A stretch of DNA of 52,424 nt, taken from Octopus bimaculoides (Eukaryota). The notes beneath the pieces are model-generated. The model ran no database searches and was not told the DNA's origin. It was given only the letters and a program-made list of their open reading frames with translations. Location of the stretch: NCBI RefSeq assembly GCF_001194135.2, contig NC_068987.1, forward strand, positions 1,792,301 through 1,844,724, written 5' to 3'. The translations under genes were made by a program, and so were the position numbers. How positions within the stretch are numbered: the first letter of the stretch is position 1; each line of letters opens with the position of its first letter. This document shows positions 36,863-50,400 of this stretch, one piece after another.

Positions 36863-37436
36863 ACAATGCATGAACTGTTGTAAGTTATAGGAGTTAATGG
36901 CAAAGATTGACAATATAAATGGCAGAGACAATAATAGATAAACATTTATTCGTGAAGTCAACAGCTTTACCTACGCACTCATACCTAACAAAACTTAATA
37001 AATACCAGGAAATGATTGCTTTTCAAACAATCTATCTTTGATGAACAACTGAAAGTAACAATCGAATCTACCGACATTTCTAAAGAGGCCTTCTTAGGTC
37101 ACTGTTCCTTGTACTGGTAGTCGTGGTGGTGGTGGTGGTGGTGGTGGTGGTGGTGTTAGCGTTGGCGCTAGTTTCGGTATCTGCGCAGTCACTCGGTGCA
37201 TTTGTATTTACATCGCATCTAACCTCGCTTAACTGGGATTTAGTTAGTAAATTGCACTGCAGCACATTCTCATAATAATCTCCTGTTCTCCTCTTCCTTC
37301 CTTGTTAATAAAAATACACACACACACACACCCGTTCCTTCCGTCCCCCTCCTCATCAGATATTTAGTTCGCTTTCATTGGAGCGATGAACGCTAGGTTA
37401 AAAGGCTGAAAACATTTCTCAAGCCCCTAAAAGCTT

Positions 37437-37549
37437 TATTATTATTGCTATTAATATGATCATCATCATCATCATCATCATCATCATAATCATCATAATC
37501 ATTATTGCTGTTGTTATTGTTATTGTTATGTAAAAAGAAATCATCATCA

Positions 37550-37592
<43 letters not shown>

Positions 37593-37673
37593 CATTATTA
37601 TTATTATTACCATCATTATCATCAGCGTTATTATTATTATTACCATCATCATTGTTATTGTTATTACTTCCAC

Positions 37674-37718
<45 letters not shown>

Positions 37719-37735
37719 TATTATTATTTATTTTT
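37437..37735. repeat. Compound (ATC)n/(ATT)n trinucleotide microsatellite
   Basis: Direct reading; it explains the poly-M/I/L/S ORFs. Confidence 0.95.
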
Positions 37736-38214
37736 ACTGTTTATTTATATTTCCCTTCCCGGTCTGCAATTAACACCAACTCTTTGTCTCTTAAAACTAT
37801 CTTTATCGCCAATCTTCTCCTCATTGTCTACTGAATGTCAACCCTTAGCGCCAACACCCCACCATTCGGCACCCCACTCCAAACACACACACACACATGC
37901 TCACCACACTGAATCATGGCCCCACCCTGCACCCCTCATCAGTAATATATGTCTATGGCCGGCCAATAAACATTTCAGCCATCGCTTCCACTCGGCTCCA
38001 CACCTATTGCCAAGGGGAAGGCGCCCTTATTAAAACTACTTCCTAACGTCGACAGCGCCGTCGTTATCGTCATCATCATCATCATCGTAATCAGCATTAT
38101 CATCAATATCACCATCATCATACCACCACCGCCACCACCATCACTATCATCATCGTCGTCGTCGTCGACACCATCATCATCACCAATGCCGTCGCAGCCG
38201 CCATCATCAACGCT

Positions 38215-38245
<31 letters not shown>

Positions 38246-38489
38246 TCCATTACCACCATCACCGTCGTCATCATCATCAACGACAACAACAACAAGCAAC
38301 AGCACCCACATGGGTCACACCGCATCCTATATCATCGCTACACCAATAGCTATGTACCCACAATGCAATAGAAACACCCGCATCAAACGTATCTCGAAAA
38401 TCAACTTCGAAAACCACAGAAACAAAAAAAAATTAAAATATCCGAGCACAAAAAAAAAAATTATTCTCCCCGAATCAACTTGATTAGGA

Positions 38490-38870
38490 CATGTTAGGTG
38501 CAGGTTTGGCTGTGCCGGAAGAAGTTTGCTTTCCAATCACATGGTTCCGGATTCAGTCTCACAGCGTGGCACCTTAGACATGTCTTTTACTATAGCCTCG
38601 GGTCAACCAAAGCCTTGTGAGTGGATTTGGCGGACCGAAACTGAAAAAACCCGTCGCATATATACGTGTATGTGTGTATGTGTGTGTACATAGATACATA
38701 CATACAAACATACATATATGCATACATACATAAATATACATGTATATACATGTGTGTGTGCCTGTGTTTATCACCACCCACCCACCGCTTGGCAACCGGT
38801 TTTGGTGTGTTTTTGTCCATTTAATCTAGCGGTTCGGCAATAAAACACCGACAGAACAAGTACCACCAGG
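38490..38870 (+). mobile_element. SINE family A, full length with internal (TG/TA)n
   Basis: Head at 38490-38655, microsatellite at 38657-38760, 3' module GCAACCGGTTTTGGTGTGTTT...GCGGTTCGGCAA..CCGACAGAACAAGTACC. Confidence 0.8.
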
Positions 38871-39819
38871 CTGTGAATATATATTGCAGAGTGGAAAGAA
38901 TAGGTGTCCTAATTGTTGTCCTATTGTGCAATCATACGATTCGTGGTTGCACGTTAGAGTTGGAAAGGTGGTCCTAATGGAGACGGAATTTAAGGGAGAG
39001 GCTGGTTCTGAGGTGCATCTCGATGTTCAGGCTGATACAGGCGTTAAAGAGGAATGTTCGATTAAGGGTGACCTTGAGCGGGCGTCATCATCATCATCAC
39101 CACCAAACCACCACCATCCCCCCCACACACACACACACCACCACTACATTCATCTCCCTACTGTGCTTTGAAATAGAAAAACTATTACGTAATCCAATGG
39201 AAAAAGAAATAAATTGCACTTGGTCACCAATTATTAAAATGAAATCTTAAAAGCATACAGATTAATTAAGCATTTATGAGATTAATTATATTTATGTATT
39301 AATTAAATATATTTATGTAGAAAGTTTTCTAAACATAAATCTCAACATGAAAATAAAATAGGCGTGGTTGTTTTTTATTTTTTTTTAATGTTGCTGTAGC
39401 TGCTGGTCTTTAACCCTGGGTTGGGTATTCGATCAGCAGCCCTAAGATCAAGCACTTTTCCACACACTTTTCATCAAAAGTGTACCTGAAACTGCATTAA
39501 AGGGGCTATTTCTTATTTACTATGATAGTGTGAGTGATATGAGGCAGATATTACTGTTGTTTCTAGCATATCAAGCAGTTACATAGAGGCACTTCCATTG
39601 GTTAATCATTTTGATATAGACTGCAACGGTCTATTCTTAGACTTGTTAGAATAATTTTCAATATGGCATCTCCCCGCATATGTTTCACACGTGACCACTA
39701 CTAACAAAACGCGGTATATGAGTTAAAGGGTAAACCTCTGGGTAGTAGCTATTCCTGCTAGAAATAACAGCCAGATATCTCTCAAATTACGGAATGAAAC
39801 GATTTATTGCAGCACTGAT

Positions 39820-40098
39820 GCTGGCACCACACGAACAGCACCTGTTCTAGTGCCACGTATAAAGCACTCGTGATGGCGCCACGTATAAAACACTGGTGTT
39901 CGTGCCACGTAAAAATCATCCGGCGTACTCTTTAAAGTGGTTGGTGTTAGGAAGGGCATCCGGCCCTAGAAACCATGCCAGAACAGACGATTGGAGTGTG
40001 GCGCGTCTCCTGGCCTTGATAGCTCCTCTCAAACCGTCCACCCATGCCAACATGGACAACGGACGTTAAATGGTGATGATGATGATGATGATGATGAT
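39820..40098 (+). mobile_element. Repeat family C with a 26-bp periodic GTGCCACGTA-A-rich-GCAC head and (GAT)n tail
   Basis: CACGTA at 39854, 39880 and 39906, degenerate at 39828; body AGTGGTTGGTGTTAGGAAGGGCATCC...GGACGTTAAA-(GAT)n. Confidence 0.82.
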
Positions 40099-40777
40099 TA
40101 TGGGGCACTGAACCTGTTTTGGCGACAGTACTTTTTGGCACTGAAGATAAAGACAAAAGCACACAGCATATAGAAAAAGTAAGTGACAACAACAGAGAGA
40201 AAGAGAGAACCGCTAGTTCTATATTCGTGATGCCAGAGAGAAGGATGAGAATGGTTGGAACGGCTGTGATCATAAGTTTGATTGATAGTGACTGACGTGA
40301 GTTTAAAGAATTAAACGACTGAAACATTTTCAAAAGCTTACTCCATTTAAAACTATCTGAAACCTCGATTCTGAGACACGACCAGTGTTTCACGCAGAAA
40401 TGTCATCATGTGTTGTAATGGATGTGGTATTTGCTGGAAAAGAGACGGCGGAGAGGTCCAATCGGATCAGGACGAATGAATGGTTCAGCTGGAAGGTCAT
40501 TAAGTGTAGGTGAATGACGGAGAGAGAGGTTTCAGGTTACGTTATTGTAGAGTACTGAGTGGAAATTTCGTATTTGTACAAGAACACAGCATGACAATTG
40601 CGCATAAACATATATCAGTCATTCTAACTGTTCGATATAAATGTGTGTGTGTGTGTGTGTGTGTGTGTACGTGTATTATGTATTACATATACAGAGACAG
40701 AGAAAGGAGAGATTATGTATAACTGAAGAGGAAATATGAACCGTTCGAAAATTAATTTTTAATTAAAATAATTAAAT

Positions 40778-40811
<34 letters not shown>

Positions 40812-40920
40812 TTGTTATTGTTTGTTTTTATGTTTAGTTATAATAAAAACAATTTTACATTAATCTGGTGCGTTACTCTATACTTTCGTAGAGTACAGAT
40901 TTAATATTCTTAAACAAGAA

Positions 40921-41000
40921 TATTATTGACAGTGACTTCGAAGTTTCGGCCGCTTCAGCAATCTAGTGATGGCTTAACTTCGAGGTCACAGTCAACAATA
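40921..41000. repeat. 80-nt hairpin made of inverted copies of a hammerhead 3' half
   Basis: 25-bp arms TATTATTGACAGTGACTTCGAAGTT / AACTTCGAGGTCACAGTCAACAATA, 3 mismatches; related to 35106-35140. Confidence 0.75.
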
Positions 41001-41569
41001 TTCTTGTTTAAGAATTATGTGTGTTTGTGTGTGCGTGTGTGTCTGTGTATCGTTTTGTATTTGGTTTGCAAGATTCTTTATGTGAATTCGTGTGTTGAAG
41101 CATATTTCATTGTGTCTGGGGAAAGTCATTCTCTTTTAGGGCCCTATGATTTAACATTTAACAGACACACTCTACCTTGTGCCTAGAGTAGAAAAGATTA
41201 TTGATTGTTTCTCATAGGAATCTGTGGTAGATTCGACGCAGCTTGAGAGTAAAAACCAAAACAACGAACCAATTCCACTAAGAATGAATATTCGAGTAAA
41301 GTACCCAGTCTATATGTATCTGGTAGCTGTGGAAAATGTTTAGGAAGGTAAAATAAACTCTAATCTAACAGATACCAGACTTCAAAGCACATTAACGTAC
41401 AGAAAATATATATCCATGTTTATAGGATAAACTAAACCGGAAATATAGTATAACGCTGAGTGAGATGAAAGGATTGCCTATGATTGCAGTCTTAACATTA
41501 CAGACCCGTTAATAGAGATTCGAGTAATTACAATAGAGAAAGAGAAACAGTTGCACCGCTTTCATCTTT

Positions 41570-41904
41570 TATTTGTTTCAGTTGTTAGACTGCGGCCCTG
41601 CTGGGGCACCGCCTTGAGGAATTTTTAATTGAATGAACCGACCCCAGTATATACTTTTTTAAGCTCGGTAGTTATTCTATCGGACGTTTTTGCTGAATAG
41701 CTAAGTCGCAGGGACGTAAACACACTGCCACTAGTTGTCAAGTGGTGTGGTGAGATAAAGACGGATGCAAAGACGACGAAGACCAGTGTAGGAACAACAA
41801 ACAAGTGTATTAGTTTGTCGCTCTTTGACAGAAAGAAATAAGGGGAAATAAATAGAGAGAAAATGGGGGGAAAAAGGGTTGAGCTCAGAGGTGCAACATG
41901 GCGA

Positions 41905-41936
<32 letters not shown>

Positions 41937-42092
41937 ATACATATCAGTTTCCGTAGACCAAACCCACTCACGAGGCATTGATCGCTCCGAGGCTATAGTA
42001 GAAGACATTTACCTAAAGTGCCATGCAATAGACTTGAACCCGGAACAATGTGGTTGGGAAGCGAGCTTCTTAACACACAGCTACGCCTGCAC
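41570..42092 (-). mobile_element. SINE family A, full length with internal purine-rich and (TG)n segment
   Basis: 3' module at 41570-41770 and reverse-complement head at 41940-42092 (GAACCCGGAACAATGTGGTTGGGAAGCGAGCTTCTTAACACACAGCTACGCCTGC). Confidence 0.8.
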
Positions 42093-42639
42093 CAGTCTGT
42101 GTGTGTCTAACAAAGAAAGAAAAATATATGAAAAGGATAAAAATGAAGGTAGTTGAGATTTGTATTTTAGAGAAGTAATAATATGCAGGAAATTACGAAG
42201 AAAACTAAAGGAATATAAAAAAAAATTGTATGAATAGAGATTGTTGCATTCAAGTAATTCTGACTAATTTATGAGAAGTTCTCAAAGAGGTTACAGACGA
42301 CTTATGTTGAACGTAAAACCAGAAGCACAAATATAAACAAACCAGGAAACGAACGGACTTTGTTTGTGTGTGTGTCTGTCTGTGCTCGCGTGTGTGTATG
42401 AATGTATGTATATAGTTGCGTATACAGGCAATTTAGTAAGCTCCAGATTCGAAGAAGCGAAGCGATAACACATTAGTCGATGATACCTTACTCAATAAGG
42501 GCAGAGGTACCATCCTGATGGAGAGGTACGATAGGATATGAATCTGTTAGAAACAGCAACAACAAAACGCTGATGTTGATGATGATGATGAGAAGAAGCA
42601 GAAGAAGATGAAGAAGAAGAAGAAGAAGAAGAAGAAGCA

Positions 42640-42757
42640 CAATGCCTCAAATTTCGGGGACGGAATTAAGTCGATTACGTCGACCCCAGTGCATAACTAG
42701 TACTTATTTAATCGATCCCGAAAGGATGAAAGGCGAAGTCGACCTCGGCGGAATTTG
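42640..42757 (-). mobile_element. SINE family B, partial
   Basis: CGACCCCAGTGCATAACTAGTACTTATTTAATCGATCCCGAAAGGATGAAAGGCGAAGTCGACCTCGGCGGAATTTG. Confidence 0.85.
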
Positions 42758-43441
42758 CATTCCATGCAAAGAAATTTAACAGCCTACATATCGAGGCTCA
42801 TCTGAAAACCCGACACAAAAGGACAGGTTAATAATTACGGAGTTTGGACGGAGACAGCGACAGCATTGGAAGCCAGTGAATACAGAAATGATTCAAAAAT
42901 AGAATTCTCGGAAAAAATAGATTCCAAAATTTTAAAAAACCGCTCGAACTTAGTTGCCAACCCAATACTTTTGATTATTCTGTCATAAATATAAATGATA
43001 ATTAAAAAGTGAGCTAGATGTAACGTGTCTGTACGTCTTCATTGCTAGAATGGATCTCTCGAAGTTTAAACGTTTAGATCGGAAGAGGAATACAAAACAC
43101 TGCGCGCGCGCGCGTGTGTGTGTGTACCCTTGATATGTGTGCGTAATGTATGTATGTATGTATGTATGTATGTATGTATGTATGTATGTGTATGCCTTCT
43201 GAAGGCCTAATGTGTATATGCAGCGGTCAATTATATACTTATCTACGTAGTTATCTATCTACCATATAAATACATATATACGCACACACATACACGCATG
43301 TACACATACACACACATATATATAGAGAGAGAGACAGAGAGAGAGAGAAGGAGAGAAGGACGCACACACACACACACATACATACATACATGCACACGCA
43401 CACATACATAGTTAGGTCTATCTCTGATCGTGCCTTTCTTA

Positions 43442-43472
<31 letters not shown>

Positions 43473-44063
43473 GATATTAAACATGGCTCTGTAACAGGAA
43501 GTGCAGCAGACAAATTCACACGTCGTTTACACGGTTCATTGATAAAGTTTATAAAACAGGAACAAACCACAACAAAAAACGGCGACCAGCAACAATACGC
43601 GGCTCTATTTAAAATCACCCTCATCATCATCATCATCAACAACAACAACAACAACGATACTGCTAGACCCACAAAAACAAATAAAAAATCCTATAATATT
43701 CCAAAAGAAATCCTGAATATTTTGTATATTAATTAATATATGGCAGGTTTGAAAGTTTGGTAAGTGTGGCTGTGTTCATTAATTGTAGACACTCTATCTT
43801 CGTTGAAATGGTTTGTTATCGGCAGTAATTAACATATGGGTGATGACGTCAATACCATGAAATGAAATAAACAAAAAGAAAGAATGAAATGGACAGAAAA
43901 CGGCTGTTGATTGGAGCGTTAATGATTGGAGAGCAGTTTCAATCACAGACTATAGAATAGGCACACTAACTATACTACAACACCACCACTACTACTATTA
44001 CCACTAATAATAATAATAATGATGATGATAATAATAATGATAATAATGATAATAATAATAATG

Positions 44064-44532
44064 ATTCCAAATTTTGCCACAAGGGCAGAAATTCTGGGGT
44101 GAGGGGATGAGTCAATTACATCGACCCCAGTACGCAACTGGTTCTTATTTTATCGACCTCGAAAGGATGAAAGGTACAGTCGACCTCGGCGGAATTTGAA
44201 CTCAGAACATAGAGACGGGCGAAATGCCGCTAAGCATTTCGTCCAGCGGGCTAACCATTCTGCCAGCTCGCCGCCTTAATAATAATAATAATGATAAAGA
44301 AATAATACGAATAATAATCCTTTCTACTAAAGGCACAAGACCTGAAATTTAGGGGAGAGGGCCAGTCGATAAGATCGACCCTTGTACGCAACTGATACTA
44401 AATTTATCAACCACGAATAGATGAAAGCCAAAGTCGACGTCAGCGGAATTTGAACTCAGAACGTAAGGACGGACGAAATGTCGCTAAGCATTTTGTCCGG
44501 CGTGCTAACGACTCTGCCAGCTCGCTGCCTTA
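44064..44532 (-). mobile_element. Two tandem SINE family B copies (44064-44279, 44318-44532) embedded in (AAT)n
   Basis: Both end on + with CTGCCAGCTCGC(C/T)GCCTTAA, the reverse complement of the element start. Confidence 0.88.
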
Positions 44533-44947
44533 ACAATCATAATAACCATAGTCCTTTCTAGTCAAGCAGTGGTTCTCACTGCCAGAGTCCATGTGGCCGT
44601 TGCGATGTCCAGATTGGATTTTGCTGCAACAAATTGGTTATACTTCTACAAGGCACAAAATATTGGCGAGGCTAACAACAAGTGTAGAATGAAAGGTTTT
44701 TATCGCTATTTCTTAATTCTTCCTAAAGCACCCATTATTATAAGAATTGTTTCCCGATTCAATCTTCCTATTCCGTTATCATTTTTTGTTTCTCTATATT
44801 TGGTAAGATTTTTTATTTCTTTGGGGGAGACACTTTCATTTGGGGGTTCCGATTCTTGGATTAGGAGGCAAATATATTTACATACCTTTATGTCAAAAGG
44901 GCACCTGCAGCCCAATCTGCCGTGGTTTAAACTACCACCACCACCAT

Positions 44948-44995
<48 letters not shown>

Positions 44996-45284
44996 ATTGC
45001 TAAATTGGGAGTGGTTGGTGATAACAGTGTTTTAATAGAAATGTTTCTGAGTTGATGTCTATATTTAATTTGCCTTTCCTTTCCCTTACATGCATGGTTC
45101 AAGCACCCATACATTGTGAAATACACGTATGCATACATATGTATATACTTATACACAAAACATGTACATATTTGTGTGTGTGTGTGTGTGCGTGCGAGCG
45201 TGCTTGTGTGTGTCTACATGCATACACAAACGGAAAATTATATGTATGTATAAAGTTATAAATGATAGAGAAATATTTGGATGA

Positions 45285-45352
<68 letters not shown>

Positions 45353-47371
45353 TATATGTATGTATTTATGTATACATATATACGTATATTAACACACACG
45401 TACACGCACACACGCATATATATATAAATATATATATATAAATGTATGAATATATGTGTGCGTGAAGATATACATATATACATGTATAATATACACAAAG
45501 ACACCCACCCATCCACTTATATTTTTCTATGAAACAATGTAAATATGCATATATAACGCCGATGCTGGCAAGATAGGTTGTGATAAAACTGGCAGTCGCT
45601 ATTAGTTAAATGTCGATCACTGCAAGACAAACGGGAATAGAATTACAATGGTTAACGCAAGAATGTGACAATGCTCTTTCTGAGACATTACCAAAAACAT
45701 CTGCCTTTCTTTGGCAAACCGCTGCGTACCTCTGTCTAGCTGTTTGTCTGTCTGTTTGACTTACCCTCTATCATTTTTCCTTACACATACACACAGACTC
45801 CCCATTCCCTTCCCTCTCGTGGATTCCTTTCTCTCCCTTGCCATTTTACTTGGTCTCTAAGCTCCACCCCAAACACTCCACCCGGCGAGCGAATAACGGT
45901 TTTGTCCTATCTTTTGTAAAGCGCTACCAGGAAGATATCAAAAGGCTGAATTAGAGACTATCACTTTGCTTCCTTACAGCACCACCACCACCACCACCAC
46001 CACCACCAGCATCAACAACACAACCACCATCATCACCATTAACAACAGGAATATAAACATCTACAACAAACAGCTAATCAAAGATGACTTTTACGAGGTC
46101 GCTGTGCTCGCTAGAAATAGCAGCAAATTGATCTTCCTTCAATCAGACAATATGGTCGTTCTTTCACAGAAATGGAAATCTTCGATAATGTAGTCCAGAG
46201 AATTCATAGCTGGATAAATAATGGGGTGGTCGAGGATGGATTGCCATTGTTCAATCACAATTGACCTGAAGTGGAATAGCAACAACAACAACAATTGCAA
46301 TAATAATAACAATAACAATAACAAGAATTTTGTTTTTAACTTGCTTTCGTTGAAATGCGACGAAGTTAGCAACCCAAGTGGTTAGAGATGTGAAGGGAGA
46401 GATAGAGAGATATGAGATATGCACTGTGATGGTGTTATCTGTTTATTTCGAGAAGAAATGGAAGAAATGCAGGAATGATATGTGAGATAGTGGGAGCAGT
46501 GCTACCAATGTGTGTTGTGTGTGTGTGTGTGTGTGTACAAGCTTAGAATACATCCATATAAATCTTTGTGTATGTATGCAAGTGTATATGTATACATATA
46601 TGTATGTATACATGTAAATAAGCATGCATATATATGTGCGTGTGTGTGTATGTCTGTGTATGTATGCGTGTGTGTTTGTATGTGTGTGTGTGTGTGTGTG
46701 TCTGTGTGTGCGTGTGTGAATGTGCAAAAGAAACTTAACGTGGCTGGCACGAGGAAAGGCAAAGCAATCATATTTTCAACAGGTAGACACTTCTGTAGAG
46801 AAATAAATATAGAAATGGATGCGCATGTGTGTGTTTGTCTGTGTGTGTGTTTGTGTGTGTGTGTGTAAACGAGACGTGTGTTCCCTTGATTCTGTCTTGT
46901 CCTCTTTTATTGTCTCATTTGAGTCAGAAAAAAAAAAGTTTTTCAAAGAACAATTCAATTTGTTTTTTACAACAGAATGATTGTTATATATCAATTTATT
47001 TATTTCTGGGAATATTCACCAAACCAAAAGGTATAAACTGTGAAAAAGGACTATTAATGTGGGCACAAGGGGAGGAAAAAAACATTTCTATAAGAGAAAG
47101 CGACGTGAATTCAAATGATATTGCAATGGGAGGGTTAAATATAGAAACGGGATAGTGTTGAGTGATTGCAAAGGGAAATAATGAGTGAGCGAGTGGTATA
47201 GTGTAATGATATGCGCGGGAAGGCTGTGCGTGTGCGTATATTTGAATTTTTGAATCATTGTATATGTTTTGCCAACATAATTGTGAAGTATGACACAAGC
47301 ACATTCTCACACACAAAGCTCATTATATACCAGCTTATATATTATATATACTGAGTTCGGATATACATACA

Positions 47372-47405
<34 letters not shown>

Positions 47406-50400
47406 NNNNNNNNNNNNNNNNNNNNNNNNNNNNNNNNNNNNNNNNNNNNNNNNNNNNNNNNNNNNNNNNNNNNNNNNNNNNNNNNNNNNNNNNNNNNNNN
47501 NNNNNNNNNNNNNNNNNNNNNNNNNNNNNNACACTCACATATATACATATGTATATACATGACAATATATATTATTGAAAAAATTTCAGTCTAAATTGTT
47601 ACATGGGCAACACCGGGTATCTCGGTTGATATGTGCACACACACACACACACACACACATACACACATTAATGTTTGTGTTTATCAGTGTTTTTTGTGTT
47701 TGACAAGGCATGTGTATGTGTCTGTAAGCCTGAATGTACATTTTGTGTAAATATATATGTTCATGGTGTATACACACACATGTAATTATATGTGATGTGT
47801 ATGCATATATCACGATATGTATGTATGTATGTATGTATGTATGCAGATACATTGCTTTGTTATCATGGTGAGAGAGGAGGTGCGAAATAAAGGGTTGAGG
47901 ATTGGGGGTGGAAGAACGACAGAGAAGAACAGCGAGATAGGTAGATAGAGAGATAAAGAGAGAGAGAAAGAGAGAGAGAGAAGGGGTAAGAAAGAGTGTG
48001 AGTAGAGATAAGAAGTGCAATGAATGCGGTAAAGTAAGAATGTGGAATTGGTAAGTCTGAATATTTTGGGTATCTTACCAATATTTTATCAGCATTTCCG
48101 TTGTACCTAGGTCTACTCCAGACGTTCACACTTTGCATTTTCTTTCAACGCTTAACCTTTACACATTTTACATTTCGCATTTCTATACCTTTTCAGCCCC
48201 TTTTAATGACATAGAGGAAAGAGAAGAGTAATGCTCATGACCCCTTATTAGGGAGTCCGGGACCGATAGCAAGAATAGATGAAGCGATTCAAAGACAAGA
48301 GATTTAACACAAATATTTACAATTGTCTAAACTCTAGAAAACACTCTGAAATAGCAGGTGGAGCTGTTAATCCAGAGATCGATTAAATCTATCACAATGT
48401 TTCCGTCTGCCAAATTAATTATGAAGAAGCTAGCTTCTTCACCGCACAGCTAAGCCTTATCTAGTCTCACCCTCTTATAACTTCACTCTTTTCTGTCTTT
48501 TTTCTTTCTCCTTTTACATATGTCACTTCCACACTCCTTCACGCTCTCTGTCTATTCTTTTCCATTTGTCCCTGTATGAATACATCATATATATTACGTG
48601 ATTGATAGATAATTTATTTGAAATCGTGTCCTAGCTTGTTGTGAGACTAGCTCCATTACCTACGAATCTCCTAACCGGAAGTTTTCATTCCTTCCTTCTC
48701 TTTCTCCTTCCTGTATCTCTTCTCTCCTCACTTTCCTTCGTCCCCTCCTCTGCCACATTTTCTCTCTTCTATCTCTCTCTCTCTCCTTTTATACCCCTCT
48801 CTCCTTCTAACCCCACTCCATTCCTCTCTCATTCACTATTTCCACTTCCGTTTTTGTCTTGGTATGTAAACCCAAAGTTGGAATTGATCAAACAAACCTA
48901 TAATCAAAGACGTTCCAGTTGGCCGTCCCACCTACGTAAGTTAAATCTAGAATTTTATGAGCCGATGTGACCTTTTCGTCTATAAAACGGTAGGGTACAA
49001 TTTGAGGGAGATTTGACTACTTCTTGTAGCAGATCGGCCAACCAGGTAGAGTTACCCACTTCAGATCCCCTGGCATTATCATAGGAGCGCTGTCATATTT
49101 ACTATAAATCATTCTTTACCGTTTTCTAATTAACCACGACCACCTAGTCGAACGTTGCTCCACCCCCATCTCACACTCTCCCAGAGATTCAGGTGTTGTT
49201 GTTCGTTAATCGTCTGTAAAGAATGGTTAATGAACAAAACATAGCATCGTTCTACAGAATTCTTCCGTTCCTCATTAGTGTCATAGTTAAAGTGATGCCA
49301 CATCATATCTGCTCATCAATTTGTTACATCTTTGTTGTTCTTGTTATTGTTGTTGCTGCTGTTTTTAATATTGTAGTAGTAGTAGTAGTAGTAGTAGTTG
49401 CTCTTGCCGTTGTTTTCGCTGCAGTAGTAGTTGCTATGGTTGTTGCAGGTGTTGATGTTGTTATTCTTGATTTTAATATTTTTGTTACTCTTGTTGTCGT
49501 ACTTCTTCTCACCAACTTACTGGAAATAGACTTTTGTCTGCTTCCATTATTTATTTATTTATTTAGTCCCCGAGTTATACGTCATTTTATTTTGTGGTGT
49601 TTGTGTGTAGGGGGTGGGGTGGGATTCTTGATTCTAGTTTTTGTTTCATGAGGGTCCTTCTTTCATTTTCGCCCAGTTAATTACGGTAACATTAACAACA
49701 ACAGTAATTAGGCGCTACTAGATTCTAGCATAAAAAGCGTAGATATAAATAACATAAATAAATGGATGGAAGGATGTGGAACAATGATGTAGTGGTGTTC
49801 ATGGTTTTCCTGAAGTGAAAAGAATGAAATTATTTCAACCGCAGCAACAAGGACGGCGTTATAATTGGTCAGATTAGCTGGGAGGAAAACTCAAACAAGG
49901 ATACACACGCGCGCGCGCGCAAGTGAACGAGATATAAAAGACAGAAGTCCCTGGCTCTTTGCCCAGGTTATTTGTCAAGGACAGGACAAATGGAAAAAGA
50001 GAACAGTGAAAACAGAGAAGGAAAGAAGAAAAGAAAACTGGAAAATTAATCTGAGTTTCAAGATGTCTCTGATACGAAGATTTGAAGAAGCCTGTGCGAG
50101 ATCGATGTGTGGTAGGGAAAGTTAGTTACGTCGGTTGGGGCCAGAATGTCGACACAATAAGCCTCTTGCATTAGGGAACAAAGAAACATCATGAAACCAA
50201 AATATAGAATGGAAGCAGAGCATTCGTCAGATGAAAACCGCCCAAGTCTACAGAATGCTCTAATCAGCCGAAATCAGAGATGGGTGGTTAGAATTAATCG
50301 ACCAGATACTGTTGTTTAAAACCTCTCGAAAAGAAGCTCCTCCAAATGGAAGGATCACCAAACAAGTAACAGCAGAACATAGCCCCACCTGGTGGTGATG

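Larger units (their letters stand above)
11969..47530. other. Nine assembly gaps: 11969-12713, 13769-14197, 18422-19080, 19826-19835, 20545-21083, 23201-23472, 27031-27595, 35866-36053, 47406-47530
   Basis: N runs; most are bordered by (TA)n on one or both sides. Confidence 0.99.

Noticed and set aside
38884-39171. ORF containing VGKVVLMETEFKGEAGSEVHLDVQ
   Set aside because: No donor site, runs into a (CAT)/(CAC) repeat, no recognisable domain.
39820-39920. Regularly spaced repeats as a possible CRISPR array
   Set aside because: Eukaryotic context, 26-bp period far too short for repeat plus spacer, part of a dispersed repeat, and no cas genes.
44567-44612. CAGTGGTTCTCA hAT-like terminal inverted repeat
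   Set aside because: Only one end is visible; no matching right TIR or 8-bp target-site duplication was found.
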